From: Oscillospiraceae bacterium
GTDB lineage: Bacteria; Bacillota; Clostridia; Oscillospirales; Oscillospiraceae
DNA: 64,000 nucleotides
Direction of reading: 5' to 3'
Assembly (NCBI GenBank): GCA_902789745.1
Contig: CADAPH010000004.1
Coordinates: 314-64,313 of the forward strand
Shown here: piece after piece, positions 23,965 to 32,564 of the stretch
Layout: the number at the start of each line of letters is the position of its first letter
Position numbering within the stretch: position 1 is the first letter of the stretch
The notes under the pieces: generated by a model
Database searches by the model: none
Told to the model about the DNA's origin: nothing
The model's input: the letters and a program-made list of their open reading frames with translations, nothing else
Position numbers and translations under genes: made by a program

Positions 23965-25776
23965 TTATTCTGCGGCGGTAAAATCAGCGTCCTCGTCGGA
24001 CAACTCAATCTCATAGAGGTCAAACGGTTCCTCCGGCGCAATCACCGCCGAGGGATGTTTCTTCTTTTTCCGCTGCACCCGAATGTAGCGTTCTACATCA
24101 AAGGTGTTTTTCTTGTCGGCGTCGGACAGGTACTTATAGCGCGGGTGCTTGGTGATGTCGTACTTCTTGGAGAAAAACGGGCGCACACCGCGTAGCTGCA
24201 AGATACACATTCCGCCGTCCATCGTTGCGATTTCGTCCTGCGTCATCAGCTCCTTTCCTAATTTCTGATAATTTAAGCCGTGGGAGATTTCCTTGCCCCG
24301 ATTCTCTGAGGTATTGAAGCTGTCGATGGTTTCCTTGCCCAATATCTCCGAGATTTCTTTCAGGGTGGTTTTCTCCTTACCGCCTAAAAACAGCATGGTG
24401 TCGCAGTTGCCGACAATCGTATCGGCGTTATCCCGATAGATCGCTTTGAGCTGGCTTTGCGACTGCAAAATAATAGAAGCCGATATTTCACGGCTTCGGA
24501 TGGTGGCAATTAACTTATCGAACTGTGGGATCTGTCCAATGTTGGCAAACTCGTCGAGAATGAACCTCACATGAACAGGCAGCCGCCCGCCGTACACGTC
24601 GTCGGCCTTATCGCACAGCAGATTTGTGAGCTGGGATTGCAGAATGGCAATGACAAAGTTAAAGGTCGAATCGGTGTCGCTCATAATGAGGAACAGCGCC
24701 GTTTTCCTATCTCCAATGGTATCGAGCTCCATTTCGTCATACGCCATCAGGTCGCGCAGCTCTTTGATGTCAAAGGGTGCAAGCCTTGCGCCGCAGGAAA
24801 TCAAGATGCTCTTGGCGGTTTTTCCAGCAGCCAATTTGTATTTGCGGTACTGCTTCACGGCAAAATGCTCCGGCTCGCGTTCCTCCAATCGGTCAAACAG
24901 AAGATCCACGGGATTTTTATAATCCTCGTCGTCCTCGCGGGTGTCGCTGGCATTTATCATGTCAAGCAGGGTGATGAAGTTTTTTTCTTCCTCCGGCGCT
25001 TCGTAGTGGATATATCCGATCAGCGCCGTGTAATAAAGGCGCTCCGCTTTCACCCAAAAATCTTCGGTGCTTTGTGCGCCCTCGCCCTTGGTATTGACAA
25101 TGATGGTATTGACCAGTTTCAAAATGTCTTTCTCCGTGCGCAAATACGCAAACGGGTTATAGTGCATACTCTTGGAAAAGTTGATGGTGTTGAGAACGGC
25201 AATGCGGTATTTTGCCCGCTGCAAAAGCTGTCCCACCTCGCAAATCAGGCTGCCTTTTGGGTCAGTAATGACATACGAGCTGTGAAGCTGCATGATATTC
25301 GGCTTGCAGAAAAACCTTGTCTTTCCGCTGCCAGAGCCGCCGATAACAAGAATATTCTTATTTCTTGCGTTCTTCGGGTCTTTGGGGCGGTTGGACATCA
25401 TCAGCCGTTCCGTGGCGGTCAGCAGCACATTGTTGTCAAAGACAGGATCAATGAACGGCTTGATGTCTGCCGCTGTACCCCAACGCGCCGTGCCGTACTC
25501 CATGCCCTTGCGGTATTTCTTGGCGTTCTTCTGCTTGGAGTAGACCACCAGCCGGATAATCACGGCTGCGGCAAGCCCAATCAACAGATCGGTAGGATGG
25601 AAGCTGGGGGCTGCACTTGCAAAGGCAGCGGAGAAGCCCTGCCCGATATGCAGCAGCTTTGCAGATATATCCGCACCCTGCGCCAGCCGGAACGCCTGTC
25701 CGACCTTTCCAAACAGATAGATAAAGGCGAGATACGGAAGATGGAGTATGATTTGCTTTTTGATTTCCGGCTTCAT
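23965..25776 (-). CDS. VirD4/TraG-like type IV coupling protein
   Basis: 603 aa. N-terminal TMs, Walker A 'VIGGSGSGKTRF', Walker B 'FILDEFANIG'. Confidence 0.9.
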   Translation of the reverse strand: MKPEIKKQIILHLPYLAFIYLFGKVGQAFRLAQGADISAKLLHIGQGFSAAFASAAPSFHPTDLLIGLAAAVIIRLVVYSKQKNAKKYRKGMEYGTARWGTAADIKPFIDPVFDNNVLLTATERLMMSNRPKDPKNARNKNILVIGGSGSGKTRFFCKPNIMQLHSSYVITDPKGSLICEVGQLLQRAKYRIAVLNTINFSKSMHYNPFAYLRTEKDILKLVNTIIVNTKGEGAQSTEDFWVKAERLYYTALIGYIHYEAPEEEKNFITLLDMINASDTREDDEDYKNPVDLLFDRLEEREPEHFAVKQYRKYKLAAGKTAKSILISCGARLAPFDIKELRDLMAYDEMELDTIGDRKTALFLIMSDTDSTFNFVIAILQSQLTNLLCDKADDVYGGRLPVHVRFILDEFANIGQIPQFDKLIATIRSREISASIILQSQSQLKAIYRDNADTIVGNCDTMLFLGGKEKTTLKEISEILGKETIDSFNTSENRGKEISHGLNYQKLGKELMTQDEIATMDGGMCILQLRGVRPFFSKKYDITKHPRYKYLSDADKKNTFDVERYIRVQRKKKKHPSAVIAPEEPFDLYEIELSDEDADFTAAE

Positions 25777-26234
25777 CGGTCGATCCCCCTGTCCATATTT
25801 TTCACCTTGTCCCGCTTGGCGGTCTGCGCGGCTTCGGCTTTCTTCTCGGCAAGGTCGCGCCGCACAGAGGGCTTGCGCTCCTTGTCCAGCTTTTTCTTAG
25901 AAAACTCCCGAAACGCTGCCGTCAGCACGTCCGCGTCCCGTCCCTTGAAAAACACAAGGTATCGGTCATCTGCCTTTTTCAGCGCAAAGTCAATGCCGTA
26001 TTTCTTCGCCGTGCTTTCAAAGGCTTTGATATTCGCATCGGTGATTTCGATATTCGAAACGCCTGTGCCATGCCGCATAAGCTGTTTCAGCGTTTGCTTG
26101 CCGCAATGGGGTGTGTCCCTTGCCTTGCGATAGAGCTGCAAGAGCTTTCGCAGCGCGGCTTGCAGCACCTTTCCGTCCAGCTTTGCCGTTTTGATTGCAA
26201 GGGCAATCGTCTTTCGGGTTACTTCTTCCTGCAA
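25773..26234 (-). CDS. pcfB: PcfB-family protein
   Basis: 153 aa. 'DANIKAFESTAKKYGIDFALKK..YLVFFKGRDADVL'. Overlaps the T4CP start. Confidence 0.8.
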   Translation of the reverse strand: MQEEVTRKTIALAIKTAKLDGKVLQAALRKLLQLYRKARDTPHCGKQTLKQLMRHGTGVSNIEITDANIKAFESTAKKYGIDFALKKADDRYLVFFKGRDADVLTAAFREFSKKKLDKERKPSVRRDLAEKKAEAAQTAKRDKVKNMDRGIDR

Positions 26235-26301
26235 CGGTTATCACTCCTTTCGATTTTTCTGCACAGTCAGGGCGGGCGCACCCGCCAGATCAGCCATATT
26301 C

Positions 26302-27249
26302 TCATAGGCTCTCGTTCGGCGAACAGGAATAGTCCGGGATGCCTGATTTCGGCTTGCCCCAATCAGGGCTTGCCATGTCGTGCGCGACAAGGGCGGTATA
26401 GTAATTGTCGATGGTAGACGGAGCGTTGAACAGCACCGCCCGCAGATATTGCTTGATGTTGCGGATCTTCGTGGTGTTTTCCCGCATACAGTCCATGACA
26501 AACTCGATGTGGCTGCTGTTCAACTTCAAGAATTTACTCTTTACCAACTCGGCGGGGTAATCGTCGCCAGCGATGCGGAGCGTCTTTCGCGCAGAGCAGA
26601 CAGTTTCCAGCATGAGGTCTACAATCTCGTCCAAACGCTCCTTGTCCATTTTCGGGTCCTGCGTGAGTGCGTCATACTCGATATTCTCCATGATGATTTC
26701 ACGGTAAATATCTACGGCGCTCTGCTTGAACGCTTCCATTCCTCTCCGTTCCGGCGCAGCCCTGCAAGGTGAGGGGTTAGGGGAAAGGATAGGAAAGGAA
26801 TCGGTATTTGATAGATCCGTAATTGATTTTTCTTTCTTTGATAAGTTAGTTATTGATCTATCTTTATTTAATTGCGTTGGATTTTCCGACATCGGATTAT
26901 CCGTTGTCGGATTTTCCAACATCGGTTTACCCGGTATTGGATTTTCCAACACCGGCTGCGGCTGCTCATAGATGGTGTATTCGATAGCAGTCATTTTGCC
27001 TTTTTCATCGCGTCCCTGCCGCCGCAGGATATATCCGGCTTTTTCAAGCTCCCATACAGCGGTGCGGATCGCGTCGATGCTCTCACGGTTGATATGGGAC
27101 AGCCCCGCAAGGGTATAGTCCCAATCCTCCGGCAAGGACAGCATTTGCGATAACAGCCCCTTGGCTTTCAAGGTCAGCTCCTTGTTTCGCAGATGGTGGT
27201 TTGACATGACGGTGTACCCGCTGTTGCGCTCCACCCGAAATACTGCCAT
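26302..27249 (-). CDS. Replication-initiator-like / winged-helix DNA-binding protein with repeat linker
   Basis: 315 aa. N-terminal 'GYTVMSNHHLRNKELTLKAKGLLSQMLSLPEDWDYTLAGL' is typical of phage/ICE Rep-like HTH proteins. Central 'ENP' decapeptide repeats. Confidence 0.7.
   Translation of the reverse strand: MAVFRVERNSGYTVMSNHHLRNKELTLKAKGLLSQMLSLPEDWDYTLAGLSHINRESIDAIRTAVWELEKAGYILRRQGRDEKGKMTAIEYTIYEQPQPVLENPIPGKPMLENPTTDNPMSENPTQLNKDRSITNLSKKEKSITDLSNTDSFPILSPNPSPCRAAPERRGMEAFKQSAVDIYREIIMENIEYDALTQDPKMDKERLDEIVDLMLETVCSARKTLRIAGDDYPAELVKSKFLKLNSSHIEFVMDCMRENTTKIRNIKQYLRAVLFNAPSTIDNYYTALVAHDMASPDWGKPKSGIPDYSCSPNESL
26879..26957. repeat. 30-bp tandem repeat (about 2.6 units) inside the Rep-like gene; iteron candidate
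   Basis: Units start at 26879, 26909 and 26939 (ggattttccRacaYcgg...). An AT-rich tract with TTGAT(A/C) motifs lies at 26805-26878. Confidence 0.6.
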
Positions 27250-27269
27250 AGGTTATCAGCTCCTTTCGC

Positions 27270-27485
27270 TCACTTCGCCGTGCCGCGCCGGAGGGCGGTC
27301 AGCTTGCCCGGCTCATACGGACATTCCGCGTACACACAGAACTGGTACTTCCAATGCGGACGGTAAAAGTGACAGGTATTGCAATCTTCACAGTCGGCAC
27401 AGCCGCCGTTTTCGTAGCGGTCAAAGCCGGGCTTTCCCCGCATAAGCATTTCAAACGCACGGCTGCTGCCGTTCGTAAAGTACAT
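27270..27485 (-). CDS. Small cysteine-rich protein (ICE end gene)
   Basis: 71 aa from the ATG at 27485, preceded by aaaggaggtg. 'CADCEDCNTCHFY..CVYAECPYEPG'. Confidence 0.5.
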   Translation of the reverse strand: MYFTNGSSRAFEMLMRGKPGFDRYENGGCADCEDCNTCHFYRPHWKYQFCVYAECPYEPGKLTALRRGTAK

Positions 27486-27515
27486 TGTGGCTGCACCTCC
27501 TTTCAGATTTGGGCA

Positions 27516-27554
27516 GAAAAAAACGCCGTAGACTTTTCTCAAAATCTACGGCGT
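27516..27554 (-). terminator. Rho-independent terminator on the minus strand, just upstream of the last ICE gene
   Basis: 10-bp stem acgccgtaga/tctacggcgt (27523-27532/27545-27554). The A7 run on the plus strand gives a U-run after the hairpin on the minus strand. Confidence 0.55.
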
Positions 27555-27565
27555 GGGCGTATGCG

Positions 27566-27599
27566 AAAAGGGATGCTGCCTTGCGGTAACATCCCTTTT
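27566..27599. terminator. Second stem-loop at the ICE/chromosome edge
   Basis: 10-bp stem aaaagggatg/catccctttt with a 14-nt loop. The A/T runs are part of the stem (bidirectional-terminator-like). Confidence 0.4.
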
Positions 27600-27780
27600 G
27601 ACGCTTGGTTATTCAATTTTTGAGCTAACCTGTTTGCCCTCTGCCCTTAAAAGCGTTGATTTTACTGGGTTTCTTCCTGTTTTCCTATGTCAACGCTCTT
27701 AACGCGGCGGTGTTTTTATGCGTAAAATCACCATTATCGGGGAAAGCTAAGACCATTCTGAAGGAAAAAGAGGATGGGCT

Positions 27781-28791
27781 ATGATCAAAAGGATCGGCAA
27801 ACAGACCCTGGCACTGTCTGATGCACCAGCAGTGGAGGGCTATGCCGCCGTGGTGGGCAAAAAAGAGGGCGACGGTCCCCTGGGAAAACGCTTTGACCTG
27901 ATCTCGGAGGACAGCTACTTCGGCGAAGGAAGCTGGGAGAAGGCAGAAAGTCACATGCTGCGCCAATGCTTTTCCCTGGCCTGTGACAAGGCAAAGCTGC
28001 CGCCGTCGGAGCTGCAGTATATCCTGGCAGGCGATCTGCTGAACCAGTGCGTGAGCACCGCCTTCGCCATGCGGGAGAGCAAGACTCCCTATCTGGGTCT
28101 CTACGGCGCCTGCTCCACCATGGCAGAGGGGCTGAGTCTGGGCGCGCTGCTGGTGGAAGGAGGCGCCGCCTCCCACGTCTGCGCCCTCACAGGCTCTCAC
28201 TTTTGCACCGCGGAACGGCAGTACCGCTTTCCCCTGGAATACGGCGGACAGCGCACCCCCAGTTCCCAGTGGACCGTCACCGGGGCGGGAGCCGTGGTGC
28301 TGGGAAAAAGCGGCAGGATCGGTGTGACTCATGTGACTCACGGCAGGATCATCGACGCCGGCATCAAGGACCCCAACAGCATGGGCAGCGCCATGGCGCC
28401 AGCGGCCTTCGACACCCTTCGGGCCCATTTTCGGGACACCGGGCGCAGTCCGGAGGACTACGGTGCTATCTTCACCGGAGACCTGGGTGCCCTGGGGCAC
28501 GACATCCTGCAGGCCCTTTTCAAGGCCGACGGCGTGGAACTGGGCCCACGGTATATGGACTGCGGGGTACTGATCTATGACCTGGCCACTCAGGAGGTGA
28601 ACGCGGGCGGCTCCGGATGCGGCTGCTGCGCCTCAGTGCTGGCGGGGCATATCCTGCAGGCCATGGAGGACGGCGTTTGGGAACGGGTGCTCTTTGCCGC
28701 TACCGGCGCACTCATGTCCCCCACCAGCTCCCAGCAGGGAGAGAGCATCCCCGGGATCTGCCACGCGGTGGTACTGGAACGGGAGGATTGA
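27781..28791 (+). CDS. spoVAD: Stage V sporulation protein AD
   Basis: 336 aa. 'VVGKKEGDGPLGKRFD', 'YLGLYGACSTMAEGL', thiolase-like fold motifs typical of SpoVAD. Confidence 0.9.
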   Translation: MIKRIGKQTLALSDAPAVEGYAAVVGKKEGDGPLGKRFDLISEDSYFGEGSWEKAESHMLRQCFSLACDKAKLPPSELQYILAGDLLNQCVSTAFAMRESKTPYLGLYGACSTMAEGLSLGALLVEGGAASHVCALTGSHFCTAERQYRFPLEYGGQRTPSSQWTVTGAGAVVLGKSGRIGVTHVTHGRIIDAGIKDPNSMGSAMAPAAFDTLRAHFRDTGRSPEDYGAIFTGDLGALGHDILQALFKADGVELGPRYMDCGVLIYDLATQEVNAGGSGCGCCASVLAGHILQAMEDGVWERVLFAATGALMSPTSSQQGESIPGICHAVVLERED

Positions 28792-28793
28792 GG

Positions 28794-29165
28794 ATGGCTG
28801 TGCTCTGGGAATATGCGAAGGTCTTTCTTGTGGGCGGCGCGCTGTGTGTGATCGGCCAACTGCTGATCGATTACACCAGACTGACCCCGGCCCGGATTCT
28901 GACCGGATTTGTGGTTGCCGGCGTCATTCTCGGCGCGCTGGGAATCTACGGTCCCCTGGCGGAATGGGCCGGGGCCGGAGCCACTGTTCCCCTCACGGGC
29001 TTTGGCTGGAATCTGGCAAAGGGCGTGAAACAGGCCGTTGCCGAGCAAGGGCTGCTTGGCGTTTTCACCGGGGGCTTTCAGGCCGCGTCAGGGGGACTCT
29101 GCGCGGCGGTACTCTTTGGGTTGCTGGCGGCGCTTCTGGGAAAGCCGAAGGACAAAAACAAGTAA
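28794..29165 (+). CDS. spoVAE: Stage V sporulation protein AE (SpoVAEb-type)
   Basis: ATG at 28794, 2 nt after the spoVAD stop, preceded by gggagga. 'VFLVGGALCVIGQLLID..TGFG' membrane protein. Confidence 0.85.
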   Translation: MAVLWEYAKVFLVGGALCVIGQLLIDYTRLTPARILTGFVVAGVILGALGIYGPLAEWAGAGATVPLTGFGWNLAKGVKQAVAEQGLLGVFTGGFQAASGGLCAAVLFGLLAALLGKPKDKNK

Positions 29166-29181
29166 CATGCGCATAAAAGGT

Positions 29182-29384
29182 GCTGTCTCAAATGCGGTAA
29201 GGCGGATAAAGCGCCGTAGGGGCAGCTATCAGCCGCCCGGCAGAGCCGGTTTGAAGCAGCACAAAAATGTGAGGCGAATTCGTACTTACCTGCGAATTCG
29301 CCTCACATTTCTTACTTTTTGACATATAACCGCGCGGGCGGCTGATAGCCGCCCCTACGTTCATTTACAGACTTTTGAGACAGC
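29182..29384. repeat. Triple-nested palindromic element of about 200 bp (MITE/REP-like); the core acts as a bidirectional terminator
   Basis: Outer pair gctgtctcaaa/tttgagacagc (29182-29192/29374-29384). Middle pair cgtaggggcagctatcagccgcccgg / cgcgggcggctgatagccgcccctacg (29215-29240/29333-29359). Core is an 18-bp perfect stem at 29265-29282/29293-29310. Confidence 0.8.
29265..29320. terminator. Bidirectional rho-independent terminator between spoVAE and the hexokinase gene
   Basis: 18-bp perfect stem aaatgtgaggcgaattcg/cgaattcgcctcacattt, flanked by an A-run on the left and a T-rich run on the right. Confidence 0.75.
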
Positions 29385-29510
29385 TTTTATGTATTTCCAG
29401 TTCTTGGTAAACGCTGATCAAATCGTCTTCGGTATCTTGCGGATAATTTCCGCTCTGATTTCGTCACTTTTTCTTGCAATACACAAAGTATTCCTGCGAA
29501 AAAACTTGCT

Positions 29511-30773
29511 TTACAGGTTCAGGAGCGCGGCGGCGGCAGAGCCAGCCAGTGTGGTCTCATACCCTACAGTGAAATGAACGTTCCGATTCAGCTGATCCCG
29601 GATCACCTGACGAACAAGCTCTTCCAGCAGCGGGTGATAGACTCTCCCCTTCTGCACCAGAGATCCCTCAGCGCAGATGGACACGTTCTTTTCCCCAGAG
29701 AGCAGGGCGATGGCGGCCAGATTGGTGCACATGCAGCGGGCGGAACGCTCAAACATGGCGGCGCAGAGGGTCTGCACAAATGCGGCGTCCTCCTCGCCGA
29801 CGCTGATGTCCTCCAGCTTCTCCCCCATGGCCCAGGCATCGATGACCGCAGAGTCGATCCAGCCGAGAGCCTTTACCTTTTCACAGCTTTCGGGAGAGAG
29901 CAATCCCTCCGCGGCGGCATGCTGCAGCATGCGGTGGCAGAGCTCGCCCAGGTACACACCGGCGGTGATCTTCTCAAAGTGCTTGATGCCGGGGTTGTGA
30001 CTGGCCTCATCCAGCTCCCGGTCAAAATCGCCCCGGGGCATCCCTTCATACATGCCGGATTCCAGGTTCACGATCATGCGCCGCTCGCCGCTGCGGCCCA
30101 GCTTGCCGATCCGGTTTTCCGGCAGGGAGCAGCAGGTATTGGTACCGGTGCCGCTGACCTGTCCGATGGCGCAGCCGCCCTCATCATCTCCGGAAGCGAG
30201 GCCGCCCAGCAGCACCGCAACGGTATCGTTCAGGATGACGATCTTCTTCCCGGTGACGCCGCGCTTTTCCAGCTCCCGCAGCAGGGAGGCGCCCACCAGC
30301 TGCCCCTCGCAGCCGGTGATGACCACTTCCTTGTCGATCCGCTGGACCCTGCCGTCCATCTCCGGGGTAATGTCCGCAGAGTAGGAGAAGCAGAAGCCGA
30401 TCTTGTCAGTCTCCTTCATCAGAGGCTCAATGGCGTCCGCCGTGAAGCGGATGAAGTCCTCCCAGGTGGCAGGGGCTTCGATGCCCGGCATCTTCCATTT
30501 GCGCATCTGTTCCACCTGGCAGCCTTCCGAGGTAAACCGCACCAGGCCGCAACGGAAATTTGTGCCGCCTGCGTCGATCACGACCACAGGTTCGTTTAGC
30601 GGGATCTGTCCCGCATCGCTGAGGTAAGTGGGGATCATGGGAAGAGAGCCGCCCTTGCCCGCAAGACCCAGAGCCATTTCCTCCGCCATTTTTGCCGCCT
30701 CCCGGGCGGGATCGATCCCATCGGGACTCATGCCGTGCTTTTCCAGAAACCGCAGTGCTTTTTCGCTGCTCAT
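29511..30773 (-). CDS. Hexokinase-family sugar kinase (eukaryote-type hexokinase fold)
   Basis: 420 aa. 'VVVIDAGGTNFRCGLV', 'IGFCFSY', 'ILNDTVAVLLGG'. Confidence 0.8.
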   Translation of the reverse strand: MSSEKALRFLEKHGMSPDGIDPAREAAKMAEEMALGLAGKGGSLPMIPTYLSDAGQIPLNEPVVVIDAGGTNFRCGLVRFTSEGCQVEQMRKWKMPGIEAPATWEDFIRFTADAIEPLMKETDKIGFCFSYSADITPEMDGRVQRIDKEVVITGCEGQLVGASLLRELEKRGVTGKKIVILNDTVAVLLGGLASGDDEGGCAIGQVSGTGTNTCCSLPENRIGKLGRSGERRMIVNLESGMYEGMPRGDFDRELDEASHNPGIKHFEKITAGVYLGELCHRMLQHAAAEGLLSPESCEKVKALGWIDSAVIDAWAMGEKLEDISVGEEDAAFVQTLCAAMFERSARCMCTNLAAIALLSGEKNVSICAEGSLVQKGRVYHPLLEELVRQVIRDQLNRNVHFTVGYETTLAGSAAAALLNL

Positions 30774-30788
30774 ATTCTGTCCTCCTGC

Positions 30789-32471
30789 TTATGCTTTCTT
30801 TTTCTTTTGGGGGATCACCAGTGCCAGCTGTACCATGGCGAAGACGGCCGTTCCCAGGGCGGAATAGCTGTCTCCCCTGCCCTGCAGACGGCAGAGCACT
30901 TCCGCCGCAACAGCGCAGCCAAGACACACAAGCACCGGTGCAATGAGCCAGAAGCGGCTCTTATTTTTCTCAAAGGCCGAGGGGATCTGCAAAAACCCGA
31001 TCAGCGCGCCAAGGATCAACAGGCAGCCGATCCAAAGAAGGTCGAAAAAGTGTTCCCCGATCTGACGGGAGAGGACGGCGGTGTAGGCATTCGCGGCCTC
31101 CAGCAGCTCCATGCCGCCCTCGGTGCGGTCCCAGATCTCATCCCGCTCCAGAAGCATCAGGCGAAGGGAGGTCTCCCGTCGCTCCAGCTCCTGCAGCTCA
31201 TCGGCTGCGGCGCTTTTTTCGCTGAGCGCTGCCGCTTCCCGATCCAGGACGACCTTCTCCCGGCGAAGCTGCTTTTCCTTCTCGCTGAGTTCTTCAAACT
31301 GGGCTTCCAGCTCGCGGCGGCCGTCCACGAGGGCCTGCTCGCCGGCAAACATCTGTTCCGCAGCCATGTCCAGCGCGGCGCGGGCCTGCTCAATGGCAGC
31401 CTTTCCCTGCTCCATCATGGGTTCCATCGCGTCAATCTGCTTCTGGGCCTCCTCCAGCTGGGCCTTGGTCTCGCCAAGCTGAGTTTCCCATTCGGAGAGT
31501 TTGGTTTCCATGGCGGCGTCCACCTGCTCCAGAAGGGCGCGGTTCTGCGCATAGGCCGCCTGGAGGGCGGCAAACTGCTCCTCGGTGATGGGGCCTTCCC
31601 CTTCCATGGCGGCGGCTTCATCCCGCGCCTCCTGAATCCTGTCGCGGATTTCCTCCGCGCTCAGGCCGGTGCTTGTTTGGATCTGCTCCTCCAGTTCCCG
31701 GAGGGAATCGGCGCTGATGCCTTCCCAGCTGACGCCGTCCAGAAATTCGCTCACATCCACATCGCTCTGCTCTGCCAGCATCTGGGCAAGAAGCTGCATC
31801 TGCTCGGGGCTGATGCCATCCTGCTCCAGCAGCAGGTCGTAAACCTCGGCGGCGCCGTCCAGCGCCTGTAGCATGCTGTCATAGGCGGCAACGGTGATCT
31901 CCTGTCGGGCGTTTTCATCCTCGCTCTCCAGAATGGCGGCAAGGCTCCGCCCCTGATCCAGCTGGCTGCGCAGACCGCTGAGGGCGGTATCGGCCAGGGC
32001 CACGGTGTTTCGGCCGGCTTCCAGCTGCTTTTTGCCCTGCTGGAACTGTTCATAGCCCTCCCAAAAGGCTTTTTCCTGTTCTTCAAACTGAGCCAGGCCC
32101 TGCTCATACTTGTGCTTGCCGTACCAGAAGGCGTGGTCCGCCTCATCCAAAGCGGCCAGGCCCGACTGCAGGCCGCTGCGGGTGGCGGTATAGATGGCCA
32201 GATCCGCCCTGTGCTGAGACGCATCCTTCTGGTGCCGTTCCAGCTCCTTCTGCAGGGCGGCGTCGGTCTCCTCATAGCTCAGCTGCCCGTCAAGGGCATC
32301 GTGCACCCGGCGATAGTCTTCCACCCGATCGCTCAGGCGCTGATAGCCCGCCTGCTCGGATGCTCTGGTGCGGATGGCGCTTCTGATGAGTCCAAAGCCG
32401 GCGCCGAGCATCGTCAGGCACAGGACAGCCAGTATGAGGGAGAAAATCCTTGTCAATGCGGGGTGTTTCAC
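30789..32471 (-). CDS. Coiled-coil membrane protein (N-terminal TM, long Q/E/A/L-rich coiled coil, C-terminal TMs)
   Basis: GTG at 32471 follows GGAGGA. The longer track ORF to 33227 overlaps dus on the other strand. 'ALTRIFSLILAVLCLTMLGAGFG' and C-terminal TM helices. Confidence 0.6.
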   Translation of the reverse strand: MKHPALTRIFSLILAVLCLTMLGAGFGLIRSAIRTRASEQAGYQRLSDRVEDYRRVHDALDGQLSYEETDAALQKELERHQKDASQHRADLAIYTATRSGLQSGLAALDEADHAFWYGKHKYEQGLAQFEEQEKAFWEGYEQFQQGKKQLEAGRNTVALADTALSGLRSQLDQGRSLAAILESEDENARQEITVAAYDSMLQALDGAAEVYDLLLEQDGISPEQMQLLAQMLAEQSDVDVSEFLDGVSWEGISADSLRELEEQIQTSTGLSAEEIRDRIQEARDEAAAMEGEGPITEEQFAALQAAYAQNRALLEQVDAAMETKLSEWETQLGETKAQLEEAQKQIDAMEPMMEQGKAAIEQARAALDMAAEQMFAGEQALVDGRRELEAQFEELSEKEKQLRREKVVLDREAAALSEKSAAADELQELERRETSLRLMLLERDEIWDRTEGGMELLEAANAYTAVLSRQIGEHFFDLLWIGCLLILGALIGFLQIPSAFEKNKSRFWLIAPVLVCLGCAVAAEVLCRLQGRGDSYSALGTAVFAMVQLALVIPQKKKKA

Positions 32472-32564
32472 GTACGATCCTCCGAAAGCATAACCATGCT
32501 GACTACTTTTCCAAATAGATATTATACAGCAAAACTTCCTTCTTGTGTGAATAAAATTTAACCA

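Larger units (their letters stand above)
1..27560. mobile_element. Partial integrative conjugative element (Clostridia Tn1549/CTn 'CD1100-family' type). Left end is outside the window; right end lies somewhere in 27.49-27.78 kb
   Basis: Uninterrupted run of MobC+relaxase, ArdA-polyvalent protein, TopB, NlpC/P60 hydrolase, VirB4/VirB6/VirD4-like proteins, PcfB, Maff2 and a Rep-like protein. Sporulation and housekeeping genes start abruptly at 27781. Confidence 0.85.

Noticed and set aside
26879-26957. Tandem 30-bp repeats considered as a possible CRISPR array. The same question was asked of the 33-bp repeats at 42775-42925
   Set aside because: The units are contiguous with no spacers, lie in-frame inside long ORFs and encode peptide repeats. 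No cas genes are in the window.
27718-27750. 10-codon mini-ORF 'MRKITIIGES' just upstream of spoVAD, resembling the start of a Rossmann-fold protein
   Set aside because: It is too short to support as a gene or as a truncated remnant, and there is no continuation in any frame.
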